A stretch of 64,000 bases of DNA from an uncultured Ellagibacter sp. Its GTDB lineage: Bacteria; Actinomycetota; Coriobacteriia; Coriobacteriales; Eggerthellaceae. Made by a program: the position numbers and the translations under genes. Below are positions 8,770 to 19,411 of the stretch, in pieces; the stretch's first letter is position 1; each line of letters begins with the position of its first letter. Location: NCBI RefSeq assembly GCF_934617235.1, contig NZ_CAKTTZ010000007.1:4983-68982 (forward strand), written 5' to 3'. The notes under the pieces are model-generated. The model saw nothing but the letters and a program-made list of their open reading frames with translations, searched no databases and was not told the DNA's origin.

Positions 8770-10346
8770 CTACTCTCCGATAGTCCAAGTCACGTCGGAC
8801 GCATTGAAGATACTGTCAAATAGCGCCGCACCAGGTAAGTTACTTTCGCTGGAGATGTCGTCCTGCAACACGATTTCGGTTGCCGAACCGACACCGGAAA
8901 CGACGGGTGCTGGGAGCGCAACGCCAAACCACAAGATAAGAGCCACCAGCGCAAACTCGGGAATGAGCGTGAGCGCCTTAGGCTCACCGCGCTTTAAGCC
9001 TTCAGGGGCTTCGCCCAAAATCGAGCGGAGGAACACAATCGAGAAGGCGCCCACCACAACGGTGAGGGCAAGCGCGATGATGATGATCAACCACATGAAG
9101 CCCGAGGACGCGGCAGCCACGAACGCCAGCATCTCGCTTGTGAAAAGCGCCAGCGGCGGGAATCCCGAAATGGCGAAAAGCCCAATTCCGACAAGAACGG
9201 CAGTGACGGGAGCAACCTTCACCACGCCCTTGATCTGCCCCAGATCGCTCGTCTTGAACTTCATGGCGAGATTGCCCGACATGCAGAACATAAGCGACTT
9301 TACGAGGCTGTGGAACACGCAATGCAGAAGCGCGGCTGCAACACCGATGGGGCCGCCCAGGCCAAGGCAGAGGGCAACGATGCCGATGTTCTCGCACGAG
9401 CTGTAAGCCAGCTTGCGTTTGAAGTCGGACTGCAAAAGAAGAGCAAAGGCTCCGAAGACGATCGAGGCTGCTCCGAAGATCAGCATGATGGCCTGCGGAA
9501 ACGCCGGCCCGATAGCCTGAACGGCCAGCACATAGAACCTGATGACGACAAGGATTGCGCACTTGGCGAGCGCCCCTGAAAGCAGACCCGAAACGGGGCT
9601 TGGAGCCTGCGAGTACGCATCGGGCATCCATGTATGCATCGGGAACAAGCCGGCCTTGGTACCGAAACCGATCGCGATGAACACGAAGGCGATCTGGATC
9701 AAAGCGGGGTCGAATTGACCAGCGTATGGCACGAGCGTCGACCAGAATGCCGCCTGATGCGGATTGGCCATGACGTCCGCTGCGTTCGCGTACACCAAGA
9801 GCGTTCCGTACAGGCCGAAAGCAACTCCGGCAGTGCAGACGATGAGATACTTCCATGCCGCCTCAAGCGAGATCTTCGTGTTGTACGTTCCGACGAGAAA
9901 TACCGTAGCAAGCGTCGTACCCTCGATAGAAGCCCACATCATGATAAGGTTGTTCGATGTGGCAACAAGCAGCATCGTGAAGACGAACAGGCTGAACAGC
10001 GCGTAGAAACGCTTGATTTGCTTAGCTCCGACATTCCCCTCGTCCGCGTCGTAGCGGATATGGGAAAGGGAAGCGACACCTGTAAGCAAAGCTACCGCAC
10101 ACACGATACCGACGAAGATGGAAGAGAGTGCATCGACATGAAGCCACAGGTCAAACGCGTGGACCTCTTCCCCACCGAGCACCACCGTACCAACAACGCC
10201 AGCACCGAAGACAAGCACGGCGATCAAGCACATGATTGGATCGCCTCGAACAAACCCCGAGGCGCAATGGCGGGAATCACCGCCATGAGCAGGCACGACG
10301 CCAACGGCGTTGCCAGCATGAGCAATACCAATAATGAAGCGTCCAT
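8770..10346 (-). pseudogene. hyfF: HyfF antiporter-like membrane subunit with apparent 1-bp frameshift near 10236
   Basis: ATG 10346 gives hydrophobic MDASLLVLLMLATPLASCLLMAVIPAIAPRGLFEAIQSCA* (TGA 10224-10226); the HyfF body (LEAAWKY, GFGTKAGLFPMHTWMPDA, KRKLAYSSCEN) is in another frame; span 1577 bp is not a multiple of 3. Confidence 0.78.
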
Positions 10347-10349
10347 AAC

Positions 10350-11000
10350 CTATCCCTTCAATTCCATTAAGTCGTTCGCGTCAAGAGAGTTGGTTTTGCG
10401 GAAAATCTGCCTAACCACAAGCGCCATAACAAGCACGGCGAAGATGGCATCAGTCGCGATGCCGATTTCCACCAACTCTGGCGCATGCGGTGCCAACAAG
10501 GCCAACGTAACGTGAGAGCCGTTCTCCATCAGGCAGTAACCGAAAATCTGCTTGATGATGTTGCGCTGCGAGATGATGCACGTCAGGCCGATGAAGAAGT
10601 GTGCGAGCGAAATCGCGAGCGCGGGCTTGACCTCTGCAGCCGTATACAGGTCCACATGCTTGACCGCCGCAAAGCACACCAGTACCTCAATCGCGATGAT
10701 TGCGATGCTTCGCGCGGGTGAAATCTTATTTTCGACTTCACCGGATTCCCCAAGCTTTTTAATGGTATAGAGCAAGATGCTCGGCACGAGAACGACCTTC
10801 GTAACGAATGCCGAGGCTGACCAAACAAACAGCTCGCTCGAATCCGTTGCGAAGCCAAGAGAGAGCAGCAGCAATACGAGAACAAACGATTGAAGCATGT
10901 AGAGCAAAGCGGATTTCTTGGCCGTTCTCGCGAGAACCACGACCGTCGATGTGACGATCAGCAAACCGCCTAAAATATTAACCAGCGTAAATCCTGTCAT
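10350..11000 (-). CDS. hyfE: Hydrogenase-4 membrane subunit E
   Basis: Hydrophobic; QRNIIKQIFGYCLMENGSHVTLAL, PELVEIGIATDAIF; ATG 11000 with AAGGAGG. Confidence 0.9.
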   Translation of the reverse strand: MTGFTLVNILGGLLIVTSTVVVLARTAKKSALLYMLQSFVLVLLLLSLGFATDSSELFVWSASAFVTKVVLVPSILLYTIKKLGESGEVENKISPARSIAIIAIEVLVCFAAVKHVDLYTAAEVKPALAISLAHFFIGLTCIISQRNIIKQIFGYCLMENGSHVTLALLAPHAPELVEIGIATDAIFAVLVMALVVRQIFRKTNSLDANDLMELKG

Positions 11001-11010
11001 GAGATCCTCC

Positions 11011-12468
11011 TTAATTGAGCCACGCGATGGCCACGAAACCCGAGCACACAATCAGGATGATCAGCACGATGAACACGCCGGCCATTGCCTTCGGAAGCGG
11101 GCGCGCCTCCGCAACAGTCTCGGAGGGCTCTCCGGGAAGTGTCGAGCCCATCCATTTCAAGAACCAGGCGAACGAGCAAATCGACTCGATGATGGCTACG
11201 ACAACGATGATCATGAGCGGGATGTTGCCGACAGCCGTCTCGAATCCGCCTGCCAGGATCGCGAACTTGCTGAAGAAGAGGCCGAAAGGAGGAACGCCAC
11301 CGATAGCAAGCGCCGCAACCGCAAAGGAGACCGCGATAAGTGGCGCTTTCTTCCACAAGCCGCGGATATCCGTGAGCATGCGCGTGCCCATGCAGTAGCT
11401 CAATGCACCGGCAACCAGGAAGAAAAGGATCTTCGCGAACGCATGGTTGAAGATATGGGCAATGCCGCCCTCGAGAGCCAGTTCGGAACCGAAGATTGCG
11501 AAACCGAAGCCGAGGAACATATAAGACAGCTGAGCGATGGTCGAGAACGCCAGGAGGCGCTTGATATCCTTCTGCGGAAGATACATCGAGAAGGCGAAGA
11601 CCATCGTCACGATGGCGCCCACAACGACAATCCATCCGATCACCGGGTCCACGGGACCTGCGCATATGAGAGCGCGCGCGAAGATGTAAACGCCGACTTT
11701 AACCATGGATGCACCGTGCAAGTAAGCAGAAACCGGCGTCGGCGCATTCATAGCGGAAGGCAGCCACATGTAGAACGACAGCTGAGCAGATTTGCCCCAA
11801 GCGGCAATGAGGATGCCGATCACGACAGCCGTCTTCCATCCACCTTCAAGCTGCGCGATGGCAGCAAGATCGAAGGTACCCGTCTGCATAAACAGAACCG
11901 CAGTGGCGCAGTACAGACCAAGGGAGGCTAGATGCGTGATAATCAGCGCCTTCATAGCCGCCTTCTGGGAAGCTGGCGTGTTGTAGTAGCCGATCAACGA
12001 CCAGGAGCAGGCGCCGGTGATCTCGAAAAACACGAGCTGACCCAAAATAGTGGAGCTGAACACGACGCCCGCCATCGCACCGATGAAGGCGCAGAAAACG
12101 GCATAGAAGCGCTTGCGGTGCTTGTCAGGGTGCTCCTTGTTTCCCTCATTGAGGTAAGCGGTAGCGTAAATCGTCACCAGCATGCCGATGCCAACAAACG
12201 CCGTCGCAAGAAGGGAGCTCACGCGATCGACCGTGAGTCCGAATATCGTGACCGAGTCTAGGTGCAACAGCGGAGTCGTCGCGCCTTCCATGCCGTTCAC
12301 CCAACATGATTGCATGCTGAACAGGCAGAAAAGAAGCGATATCGCGGAGGCCACAACGCACAGCCAGCGTGTCGCGGGACGTGGCGATATCAAGATCAGC
12401 AGCATCCCGATGAACGGAACCAAGATGGCCAACGCTGGAACGAGCGTTGAAATAAAGCCGATAGTCAT
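11011..12468 (-). CDS. hyfD: Hydrogenase-4 antiporter-like subunit D
   Basis: FFEITGACSWSLIGYY, AAWGKSAQL, WLPSAMNAPTPVSAYLHGASMVKVGVY, KRLLAFSTIAQL. Confidence 0.92.
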   Translation of the reverse strand: MTIGFISTLVPALAILVPFIGMLLILISPRPATRWLCVVASAISLLFCLFSMQSCWVNGMEGATTPLLHLDSVTIFGLTVDRVSSLLATAFVGIGMLVTIYATAYLNEGNKEHPDKHRKRFYAVFCAFIGAMAGVVFSSTILGQLVFFEITGACSWSLIGYYNTPASQKAAMKALIITHLASLGLYCATAVLFMQTGTFDLAAIAQLEGGWKTAVVIGILIAAWGKSAQLSFYMWLPSAMNAPTPVSAYLHGASMVKVGVYIFARALICAGPVDPVIGWIVVVGAIVTMVFAFSMYLPQKDIKRLLAFSTIAQLSYMFLGFGFAIFGSELALEGGIAHIFNHAFAKILFFLVAGALSYCMGTRMLTDIRGLWKKAPLIAVSFAVAALAIGGVPPFGLFFSKFAILAGGFETAVGNIPLMIIVVVAIIESICSFAWFLKWMGSTLPGEPSETVAEARPLPKAMAGVFIVLIILIVCSGFVAIAWLN

Positions 12469-12483
12469 CTTCAGACCTCCTTT

Positions 12484-13413
12484 CTACACACCGACGATGA
12501 GGAACACGAACGACAGAGCAGAGCAGCCGACGATCATCCAGGTGTTGCGGGAAAGACTGTTGAAACGTGTACGCATAACCGTGTTCTCGATCACGGCGCA
12601 AATAAGGAAAACGATCGTGAGCTTGATATAGAGCCAGATAGTCCCAAACACCAACGCGGGCAGCGTGAGCTCGGCCGCGTTTCCAAACGGAACGAACAAC
12701 GACACGAACAAGCCGGCCATGAGCATCTGTTTGAGCGTCATCGCGACCTTGAGGATTGCCAAGGACGGACCAGAGTACTCCGCGAGCGGGCCTTCCTGGA
12801 TTTCCTGTTCAGCTTCCGCCATGTCGAAGGGCAGCTTGCCCAGCTCGACGTAACAGCATGCCGCCATGGCGCAACCTGCAATGACGATAGCTACCGGGGT
12901 GTCGATGGCGAATGCGCGCACAGCGGTGCACATGTCGCCTAAGTTGGACATACCGGTCGAAAGCGCCACCGTGAACAGGGCAAGGATGATTGCGGGTTCG
13001 ATAAGCGCACTCACGAGCAGCTCACGGATGCCGCCGACACTCGGGTAGGCGCCTGAGGAATCGACCGACGATAGCGCGAAGAAGAAGCGCGGCAGGACGA
13101 GCAGGTAGACGACAAGGATGAAGTCGCCCAGGAGCGGGATGGGGCTTTGCAGGGTGACAAGCGGAATCGCAGCGCCTAAAAGCAAAACCGTAGCCAGAAA
13201 CAGTATCGGCATAATTCGGTACGGCAAGCCCGAATTCTCCGTACGAAGGTCCTCGCGCTTGAAGAGCTTGACCAGGTCATAGTAATCCTGCAGGATGCTC
13301 GGGCCCTTACGTCCGTGCATCTTCGCACGCAAAACGCGGCTGAAGCCGGAGAACAAAGGCGCCAATACGAGAAGCAGCAGAGGTTGGAGAATCGCCAAGA
13401 AAATTTCGTTCAT
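12484..13413 (-). CDS. hyfC: Hydrogenase membrane subunit HyfC/HycD (NuoH-like)
   Basis: RKGPSILQDYYDLVKL, GKLPFDMAEAEQEIQEGPLAEYSG. Confidence 0.92.
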   Translation of the reverse strand: MNEIFLAILQPLLLLVLAPLFSGFSRVLRAKMHGRKGPSILQDYYDLVKLFKREDLRTENSGLPYRIMPILFLATVLLLGAAIPLVTLQSPIPLLGDFILVVYLLVLPRFFFALSSVDSSGAYPSVGGIRELLVSALIEPAIILALFTVALSTGMSNLGDMCTAVRAFAIDTPVAIVIAGCAMAACCYVELGKLPFDMAEAEQEIQEGPLAEYSGPSLAILKVAMTLKQMLMAGLFVSLFVPFGNAAELTLPALVFGTIWLYIKLTIVFLICAVIENTVMRTRFNSLSRNTWMIVGCSALSFVFLIVGV

Positions 13414-13423
13414 GATGCACCAC

Positions 13424-15445
13424 CTAACCCACAGCCACAGTCAGAATCAGCGAGATTCCGAGGACGATAACGATATAGCCGATATAGCGGCGGTAGTCTC
13501 CGCCCTCGACGCTTCTCGCGGCCACGCCGATTCGCTTGGCGATGCCTGTGACACCGTCAACCAGATATTTATCGGCAACGGGCTCGAGCTTTTTCAAGAA
13601 GCTGATCAGGCCCTCATAGGCGCGCATGACAAGAGACTTGCGTTCGACAATCGCATCGCGGGCGTCGTACATGGGACCGAAGAAACCGCGGACGTTCGTT
13701 GCGAAGGTGCCTGAGGAGGGAGGCATGGAGCGATCCGGCAGATAGCCGCAGGCCCACGCGTCGTCGCGCACACCGGCGCCGTACTTAGCGTTGAAGATTC
13801 CCAAGATACCCCGGAGGAACAGGCAAAGAACAAAGAGCACAATCGCAACAACGAGGAGTGAAATCGCTGCGTACGAGCCTGGTATCGAAACGACAGTGCC
13901 AGACGCGATGGCAACGGAGGCGATGCCGAGCGTTGCGCTCGCGATATCCTGCATGATGGGAGCGAAGTACGCAATGCCCAAACCAAGCACGATGCACATC
14001 AACACGAGCAAAGCATTGCCGATAACCATGCTGGTTGGAACTTCGCGCATCTCATCGGAGAAGTCAACGCGCGGCTTGCCGGCGAAGGCAACACCGTAGC
14101 ATTTGACGAAGCAGATGACCGCAAGGGCACCGGTGATGGCCAGGGCCGCCGCGGCAAACGCCATGAAGCCCATGACCAGGCCGTCCCCCTGAAGAGCTGC
14201 CGTCAGAAGCGACTGATAGGTGAACCACTCGGAAGCAAAGCCATTCAGCGGCGGGATGGCGCAAACGCACACAGCAGCAATGAGGAACATGATTGCCGTA
14301 ACCGGCATGAACTTAGAAAGTCCGCCCATCTGATCGATATTGCGCGTATGCGAACGGTAAATCATCGAACCTGCGCCAAGGAAGAGCGCGCCCTTGAACA
14401 TCGCATGGTTGATAGTGTGGTACAGAGCAGCCATAAGACCAAGAGCGGCAACAACGGAATTACTCATCGCGCAGCCGACAAGTGCGACGCCGACACCAAT
14501 CAGGATAATGCCGATATTTTCAACAGACGAAAACGCGAGAAGCTTCTTCACGTCATGTTCCATAAGGGCATAGGCAATGCCCAGCACACTCGAGACAACG
14601 CCGATGACCAAAACCGCAAGACCCCACCACAGTTGACAATCGGATCCTGCGAGCAGGTCAAACGCTACTTTCACGATACCGAAGATACCGATTTTGATCA
14701 TGCCACCGGACATGAGCGCAGAAACGTTCGAAGGGGCCGCCGGATGGGCCTGGGGCAGCCAAGAATGGAACGGGAGCATACCGGCCTTGATGCCGAAGCC
14801 GACGAAGGCGAGGATAAACACGACCGAAGCCAGGCCGACGGGAAGCTCGAGCATTCTGAACGCGGAGAATTCGAAGCTGCCAGCCGCCCAAGCCATCACG
14901 AAGAATGCGATCATGATCATCATGAAGCCGATGTGCGCCATGACAAAGTACATAAAGCCGCCGCGTATCGACTGCTTTGTTTGGTCGAAAACGACGAGGA
15001 AGTACGACGTCAGAGACATCAGCTCGAAGAAGACCAAGAACCAAAATGCATTGTCGGATAGCACCACGAGCAACATCGAGATTATGAACAGGTGCATGTA
15101 AAAACCGATTTGGCCAACACCGTGACCACGATATTCATCAAAGTACGAGAAGCCGTAAATCCACGCCGAAACGGAGAGCAGCGAGATAACCACTACGATC
15201 AAGCCCGCCAATGGATTCCACAAGAGGGTGAAATCTGCGAACCAAAAGACGGTTGGGGCGGTGAGAATCACGGGCTCACTAAAAAGAGCAAGCATGCCCG
15301 AACCGAGGCTCGCTAAGGCCGCAAGAATGCCGAACAAGCAAGCGACAGTCTTAGAGGGACCATCCCAACGAATGAGCAAAAGGGAGAACAAGGCACCGGC
15401 GAGTGAAAGAGCGCCTGACGCCGCAAGTAATTCAACCATCATCAC
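13424..15445 (-). CDS. hyfB: Hydrogenase antiporter-like subunit HyfB/HycC
   Basis: FFELMSLTSYFLV, GFGIKAGMLPFHSWLPQAHPAAPSNVSALMSG, SSVENIG, WACGY. Confidence 0.92.
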   Translation of the reverse strand: MMMVELLAASGALSLAGALFSLLLIRWDGPSKTVACLFGILAALASLGSGMLALFSEPVILTAPTVFWFADFTLLWNPLAGLIVVVISLLSVSAWIYGFSYFDEYRGHGVGQIGFYMHLFIISMLLVVLSDNAFWFLVFFELMSLTSYFLVVFDQTKQSIRGGFMYFVMAHIGFMMIMIAFFVMAWAAGSFEFSAFRMLELPVGLASVVFILAFVGFGIKAGMLPFHSWLPQAHPAAPSNVSALMSGGMIKIGIFGIVKVAFDLLAGSDCQLWWGLAVLVIGVVSSVLGIAYALMEHDVKKLLAFSSVENIGIILIGVGVALVGCAMSNSVVAALGLMAALYHTINHAMFKGALFLGAGSMIYRSHTRNIDQMGGLSKFMPVTAIMFLIAAVCVCAIPPLNGFASEWFTYQSLLTAALQGDGLVMGFMAFAAAALAITGALAVICFVKCYGVAFAGKPRVDFSDEMREVPTSMVIGNALLVLMCIVLGLGIAYFAPIMQDIASATLGIASVAIASGTVVSIPGSYAAISLLVVAIVLFVLCLFLRGILGIFNAKYGAGVRDDAWACGYLPDRSMPPSSGTFATNVRGFFGPMYDARDAIVERKSLVMRAYEGLISFLKKLEPVADKYLVDGVTGIAKRIGVAARSVEGGDYRRYIGYIVIVLGISLILTVAVG

Positions 15446-16029
15446 AACCTCCGCTCATTCCAGGAGTCCAGCATCATCACCTCGCTGGCATTTGCGCTCA
15501 TGACGTTGCGATAGCGGGTTTCGCGATTGATTTCCTCGTCGGTGACGAGTTTAAGCGCGCCAGACAAGCAATTTGCAACACATTGGGGTTTACCAGCGGC
15601 CCCTGTGCAGAGGTCGCATTTAACAGCGATGGGAGAAACGCCAATTTCCCAAGTAATAAGGGGGCTTTGCCCCGCCGGGGCGGCGGGCGTCTTGTACATA
15701 ACGCCCGCTACACCTGAAACCGGAGTTCCCGAAGGCTCTATCGCCCCATAGGGGCAAGCGATGGCGCATAATTTGCAGCCTATGCAACGCTGTTCATCCG
15801 TGCGAACCACGCCATCTTCAGCCTTGAGTGCTTCCACGGGACACACATTTACACAAGGGGCATCATCGCAGTGGTGGCATGTCACCACCGTGGATATGCC
15901 TCTGTTCGAAACGAAAATCAGTCGATGGCGCCGCTGCATCCCGGCCCTGCGATGGCTGCTTGCGCACGCCGCTTCGCATGTCTTGCAGCCAATGCACTTA
16001 TCGGGATCGACAGCAATATATGAACTCAT
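15442..16029 (-). CDS. hyfA: Multi-[4Fe-4S] electron transfer subunit HyfA/HycB
   Basis: CIGCKTCEAAC, CHHCDDAPC..CP, CIGCKLCAIACP, KCDLC. Confidence 0.88.
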   Translation of the reverse strand: MSSYIAVDPDKCIGCKTCEAACASSHRRAGMQRRHRLIFVSNRGISTVVTCHHCDDAPCVNVCPVEALKAEDGVVRTDEQRCIGCKLCAIACPYGAIEPSGTPVSGVAGVMYKTPAAPAGQSPLITWEIGVSPIAVKCDLCTGAAGKPQCVANCLSGALKLVTDEEINRETRYRNVMSANASEVMMLDSWNERRL

Positions 16030-16071
16030 GGGCGCCTCCTTTCTCTGAATAGTCGGCAGCCGTGAGAATCC

Positions 16072-18234
16072 TTATGCCGAATACTGATGAGCCGCCTCTC
16101 GAGCCAGATGCGCCTTCATTTCCGCGTAAAGCTTCTCAGCGTGCTGTTCGGCCCAAACCTGATCTTCGATTTGGGCAACCTGGCATGCAGAGAACTTGTC
16201 TTCGGGGGTGCCCGAAAGAGGGTCGGTGGCGTGCAGCGTCAAATCATTGCACTTGCCGATCCACCACTGATAGGTCATATAGACGGTACCGGGGTTAATG
16301 CGCTCATCAACCGCTGCGCGCGTGATGACCTTGCCGCGACGCGAGTAAACCCAAACAAGATCGCCGTCCTTGATGTTGCGCTCGTCTGCGTCCTTGGGGT
16401 TGATCTGCACGAAGCCCGGTTCGTCAGCAAGCTGCGCCAGCGTTTTGCAGTTGCCGGTCATCGAGCGGCAGGAGTAGTGGCCAACCTCGCGAACGGTACA
16501 AAGAATCAGCGGGTAGCCGTCATCGGGAAGCTCGGTCGGCTCAATCCATTCGTGAGTCATGAGCTTTGCCTTCTGGTTCGGCGTATTGAACTTGCCGCCA
16601 AGGTAAAGGTCGGGAGTACCCGGATGCTCAATGGTGGGAATCGGCCACTGGGCATGACCGAGGCCTTCCATCTTCTCGTAGGTTGCGCCATAAAACAGCG
16701 GGCACAGCTCGCGAACCTCGTCCCAAATCTCTTTCGTGTTGCGATAGCGCATCGGGTAGCCCATACGCGTCGAAAGCTCCTGGAAAATCTCCCAATCGTG
16801 CTTGCATTCGCCCTTCGGGGGCACCGCTGCCGTGAAGCGCTGGAAGGTACGGTCGGATGCGGTGAAGACGCCCTCGTGCTCACCCCAAGAGGTGCCGGGC
16901 AACACGACGTCTGCCATCGCGGTCGTCTGCGTCATGAAGATATCCTGGCTGATGAGGAAGTCGATGTTCTCGAGCGTTTCCTTCATGTCGGCAGAATCGG
17001 GCTCGGTCTGCAGCGGGTCTTCGCCGAAGTTGTAGAAGGCACGGATTTTCTTTTCCTTAACGCCATGCGGAAGGTCGGTAAGCTTCGCACCCTCTTTAAG
17101 GGAGAGTCGCTCGGGCGGAAGGTTCCAAGCTTTCGCGAATTTCTCGCGGATAGCAGGGTCGGTAACTTTTTGGTAGCCCGGATACAGGCTCGGCCACATG
17201 CCCATGTCGCAGCTGCCCTGCACGTTGTTCTGGCCACGAACAGGCGCGACGCCGCAATGCGGGCGCGCAATCTGACCGGCAACGCAGGCGAGCGATGCAA
17301 TTGCGTGAACAGTATGGACGCCCTGACGCTGCTGCGTAACGCCCATGCCCCAGCCGAGGATCGCCGTATCGGCAGTTGCATAGATACGCGCGGCTTCGCG
17401 AATATCATCAGCATCGACACCGCAAATCTCAGCGGAATACTCGGGGGTATAGCGCACAACAACCTCGAGCCACTCCTCGAATCCCTCGGTATGGGCGTCA
17501 ATGAACGCCCTATCTTCGAGACCTTCCTTAATGATGACATTTGCCATGGCGTTAAGGAAAGCGAGGTTTGAGCCGTTGTTGATCTGCAAGTGAATATCGG
17601 CGATGCGCGCAGTCTCGATAACGCGAGGGTCGACGACGATGATTTTAGCGCCGCGCTCGCGGGCCTTGACGATGCGGCTCGCAACAATAGGATGGCTGGC
17701 GGCGGGATTATAGCCGATGAGCATGATGCAGTCTGCTTCCTCCATGCCTGGAATGGAAACGCTCATCGCACCGCTACCAAGCGTGTCGATAAGGCCGATA
17801 ACCGACGGGCCGTGGCACGTGCGTGCGCAGTTGTCGATGTTGTTAGTGCCGATGCAAGCGCGCGTGAACTTCTGCATCACATAGTTCGCCTCATTGCCCG
17901 GGCCGCGAGACGAGCCGGTAAGCAAAATCGAATCAGGCCCGTACTGCGCCTTGATTTCCATAAGGCGGCGCGCGGTGAAGTCGAGCGCTTCATCCCACGT
18001 AACGCGCTCGAGCTCGCCGCCCTTTTCGCGGCGAATCATGGGATGCAGGATTCGAGGCGTCAGAATCTTCGTGTCATTGATGAAATCGAATCCGCACAAG
18101 CCCTTAAGGCAAAGATTGCCTTCGTTGGTGATGCCGTTAAGCGGCTCGGCATCGACAACCATTCCGTTCTCGACAACCAGGTTCAACTTGCAGCCCGCAC
18201 CGCAGTACGGGCAAACTGCCATATGTTTTTCCAT
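16072..18234 (-). CDS. fdhF: Formate dehydrogenase H catalytic subunit, cysteine-type
   Basis: CPYCGAGC..LCLKG, NNIDNCARTCHGPS (TGC codon at the Sec position), VRGQNNVQGSCDMG; no Tat signal; ATG 18234. Confidence 0.93.
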   Translation of the reverse strand: MEKHMAVCPYCGAGCKLNLVVENGMVVDAEPLNGITNEGNLCLKGLCGFDFINDTKILTPRILHPMIRREKGGELERVTWDEALDFTARRLMEIKAQYGPDSILLTGSSRGPGNEANYVMQKFTRACIGTNNIDNCARTCHGPSVIGLIDTLGSGAMSVSIPGMEEADCIMLIGYNPAASHPIVASRIVKARERGAKIIVVDPRVIETARIADIHLQINNGSNLAFLNAMANVIIKEGLEDRAFIDAHTEGFEEWLEVVVRYTPEYSAEICGVDADDIREAARIYATADTAILGWGMGVTQQRQGVHTVHAIASLACVAGQIARPHCGVAPVRGQNNVQGSCDMGMWPSLYPGYQKVTDPAIREKFAKAWNLPPERLSLKEGAKLTDLPHGVKEKKIRAFYNFGEDPLQTEPDSADMKETLENIDFLISQDIFMTQTTAMADVVLPGTSWGEHEGVFTASDRTFQRFTAAVPPKGECKHDWEIFQELSTRMGYPMRYRNTKEIWDEVRELCPLFYGATYEKMEGLGHAQWPIPTIEHPGTPDLYLGGKFNTPNQKAKLMTHEWIEPTELPDDGYPLILCTVREVGHYSCRSMTGNCKTLAQLADEPGFVQINPKDADERNIKDGDLVWVYSRRGKVITRAAVDERINPGTVYMTYQWWIGKCNDLTLHATDPLSGTPEDKFSACQVAQIEDQVWAEQHAEKLYAEMKAHLAREAAHQYSA

Positions 18235-18263
18235 GAGAAACCCCTTACTAGCAAGTGTTGACT

Positions 18264-18794
18264 TCACGAATGCACATGCGATTCAGCGGACATTGCTGCG
18301 TGGACGCGCTTTTCTTTTGCCAAGTTGTCCAGATAATCCTGGTCGACGAGCATCAAGCCGTTTGTCAGACATGCGGTTACACAAGCAGGGCCTTCCGGTC
18401 GTTCAGCGCAAAGGTCGCACTTGATTACAACGGGAGCCCAACCGCAATTGACCTCGAGGTTGCCAAGGCGTCTCGTTTTGATCCTCGACTTGATCGAAAT
18501 CGCTCCAAACGGGCAAGCGAGTACGCAGTTGTGGCAACCGATACACTTCTCCTCGTGAACCCCTACTCGATTTTCGTCAGAGTACAAACAACCTGTCGGA
18601 CAAGATTTGACACAGGGAGCATCAACACAGTGATGGCAGGTGATCGGCGTTGATACTCTCAACGTGCTGACGAACTGCAAACGCGGCTCCCCGGGTCCTC
18701 CTGGAGCATCGTGAGCCTGAAGACACGCCGCAAGGCATGTCTTGCACCCAATGCACCTGTCAGGGTTTGCTGCAACGAATTTCCTTGCGTTCAT
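18264..18794 (-). CDS. hydN: HydN-like Fe-S electron transport protein
   Basis: FVAANPDRCIGCKTCLAAC, CHHCVDAPC, CIGCHNCVLACPFG, KCDLCAERPEGPACV; immediately upstream of fdhF. Confidence 0.8.
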   Translation of the reverse strand: MNARKFVAANPDRCIGCKTCLAACLQAHDAPGGPGEPRLQFVSTLRVSTPITCHHCVDAPCVKSCPTGCLYSDENRVGVHEEKCIGCHNCVLACPFGAISIKSRIKTRRLGNLEVNCGWAPVVIKCDLCAERPEGPACVTACLTNGLMLVDQDYLDNLAKEKRVHAAMSAESHVHS

Positions 18795-19087
18795 TCATTT
18801 TCCTTCCCCCCATTATTTGCTGATTTTCCGCGCAGTATTTGCCCCAAAGACGACTGGCAAATCACAAGAAATTCGATTTTTGTTTTACGCGTAATGAAAC
18901 TATACCGACCGAAATTTAAGCTTGTCAATTTAGTGAACAGTCGCTCGATAAGCGAGGGGTAAATCACGGTAGTCGGAGCAGATTCCCAGGTCAACTATGG
19001 TGTCTTACGCTTTTACGCGCCTGATTTCCAATGCTGTGCCCCGATTGCCCAATCACCGTTGAAAGAAGAAATATGGCATTGTAGTTT

Positions 19088-19105
19088 GTATCATATTTGT
19101 AATAC
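19088..19105. promoter_or_regulatory. Candidate palindromic operator upstream of FHL operon
   Basis: GTATCATATTTGTAATAC; 15/18 identical to the site at 21142-21159. Confidence 0.55.
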
Positions 19106-19320
19106 CGATAATTCTATTTCCCAAGTTGAGAGCGATACGAGATGCTAAATTCGGAAGATTTCCAAGTAAAAATCAGCTGATTACTCTGTCGTTTCATTAA
19201 ATTTGAACAAGTGAGTTAATTGGAATCAAATATCCCAAAAATAGGACATGTAATTTCACTCATTTTTGACTTGCATTCCCAATTATTCGGTAGAAGGCAC
19301 CGAGACAAGGGGCACTGCAC

Positions 19321-19386
19321 AAAAATAGCCTCCTGAGTATTTTGGAATAAGCGAGCTTCGTGCTCTTCCTTAACACCCAGGAGGCG
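19321..19386 (-). terminator. Long-hairpin terminator after the tig-like gene
   Basis: Minus strand GCCTCCTGGGTGTT...AATACTCAGGAGGC stem followed by TATTTTT. Confidence 0.7.
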
Positions 19387-19411
19387 ACTCTGTATAACTA
19401 GAAACTATTTG

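Noticed and set aside
10224..10226. TGA in hyfF as a selenocysteine codon
   Set aside because: The HyfF body is in a different frame, so read-through would not restore the protein
19020..19090. Sigma54 promoter for FHL
   Set aside because: GGCA-containing candidates lack GG-N10-GC spacing or face the wrong way
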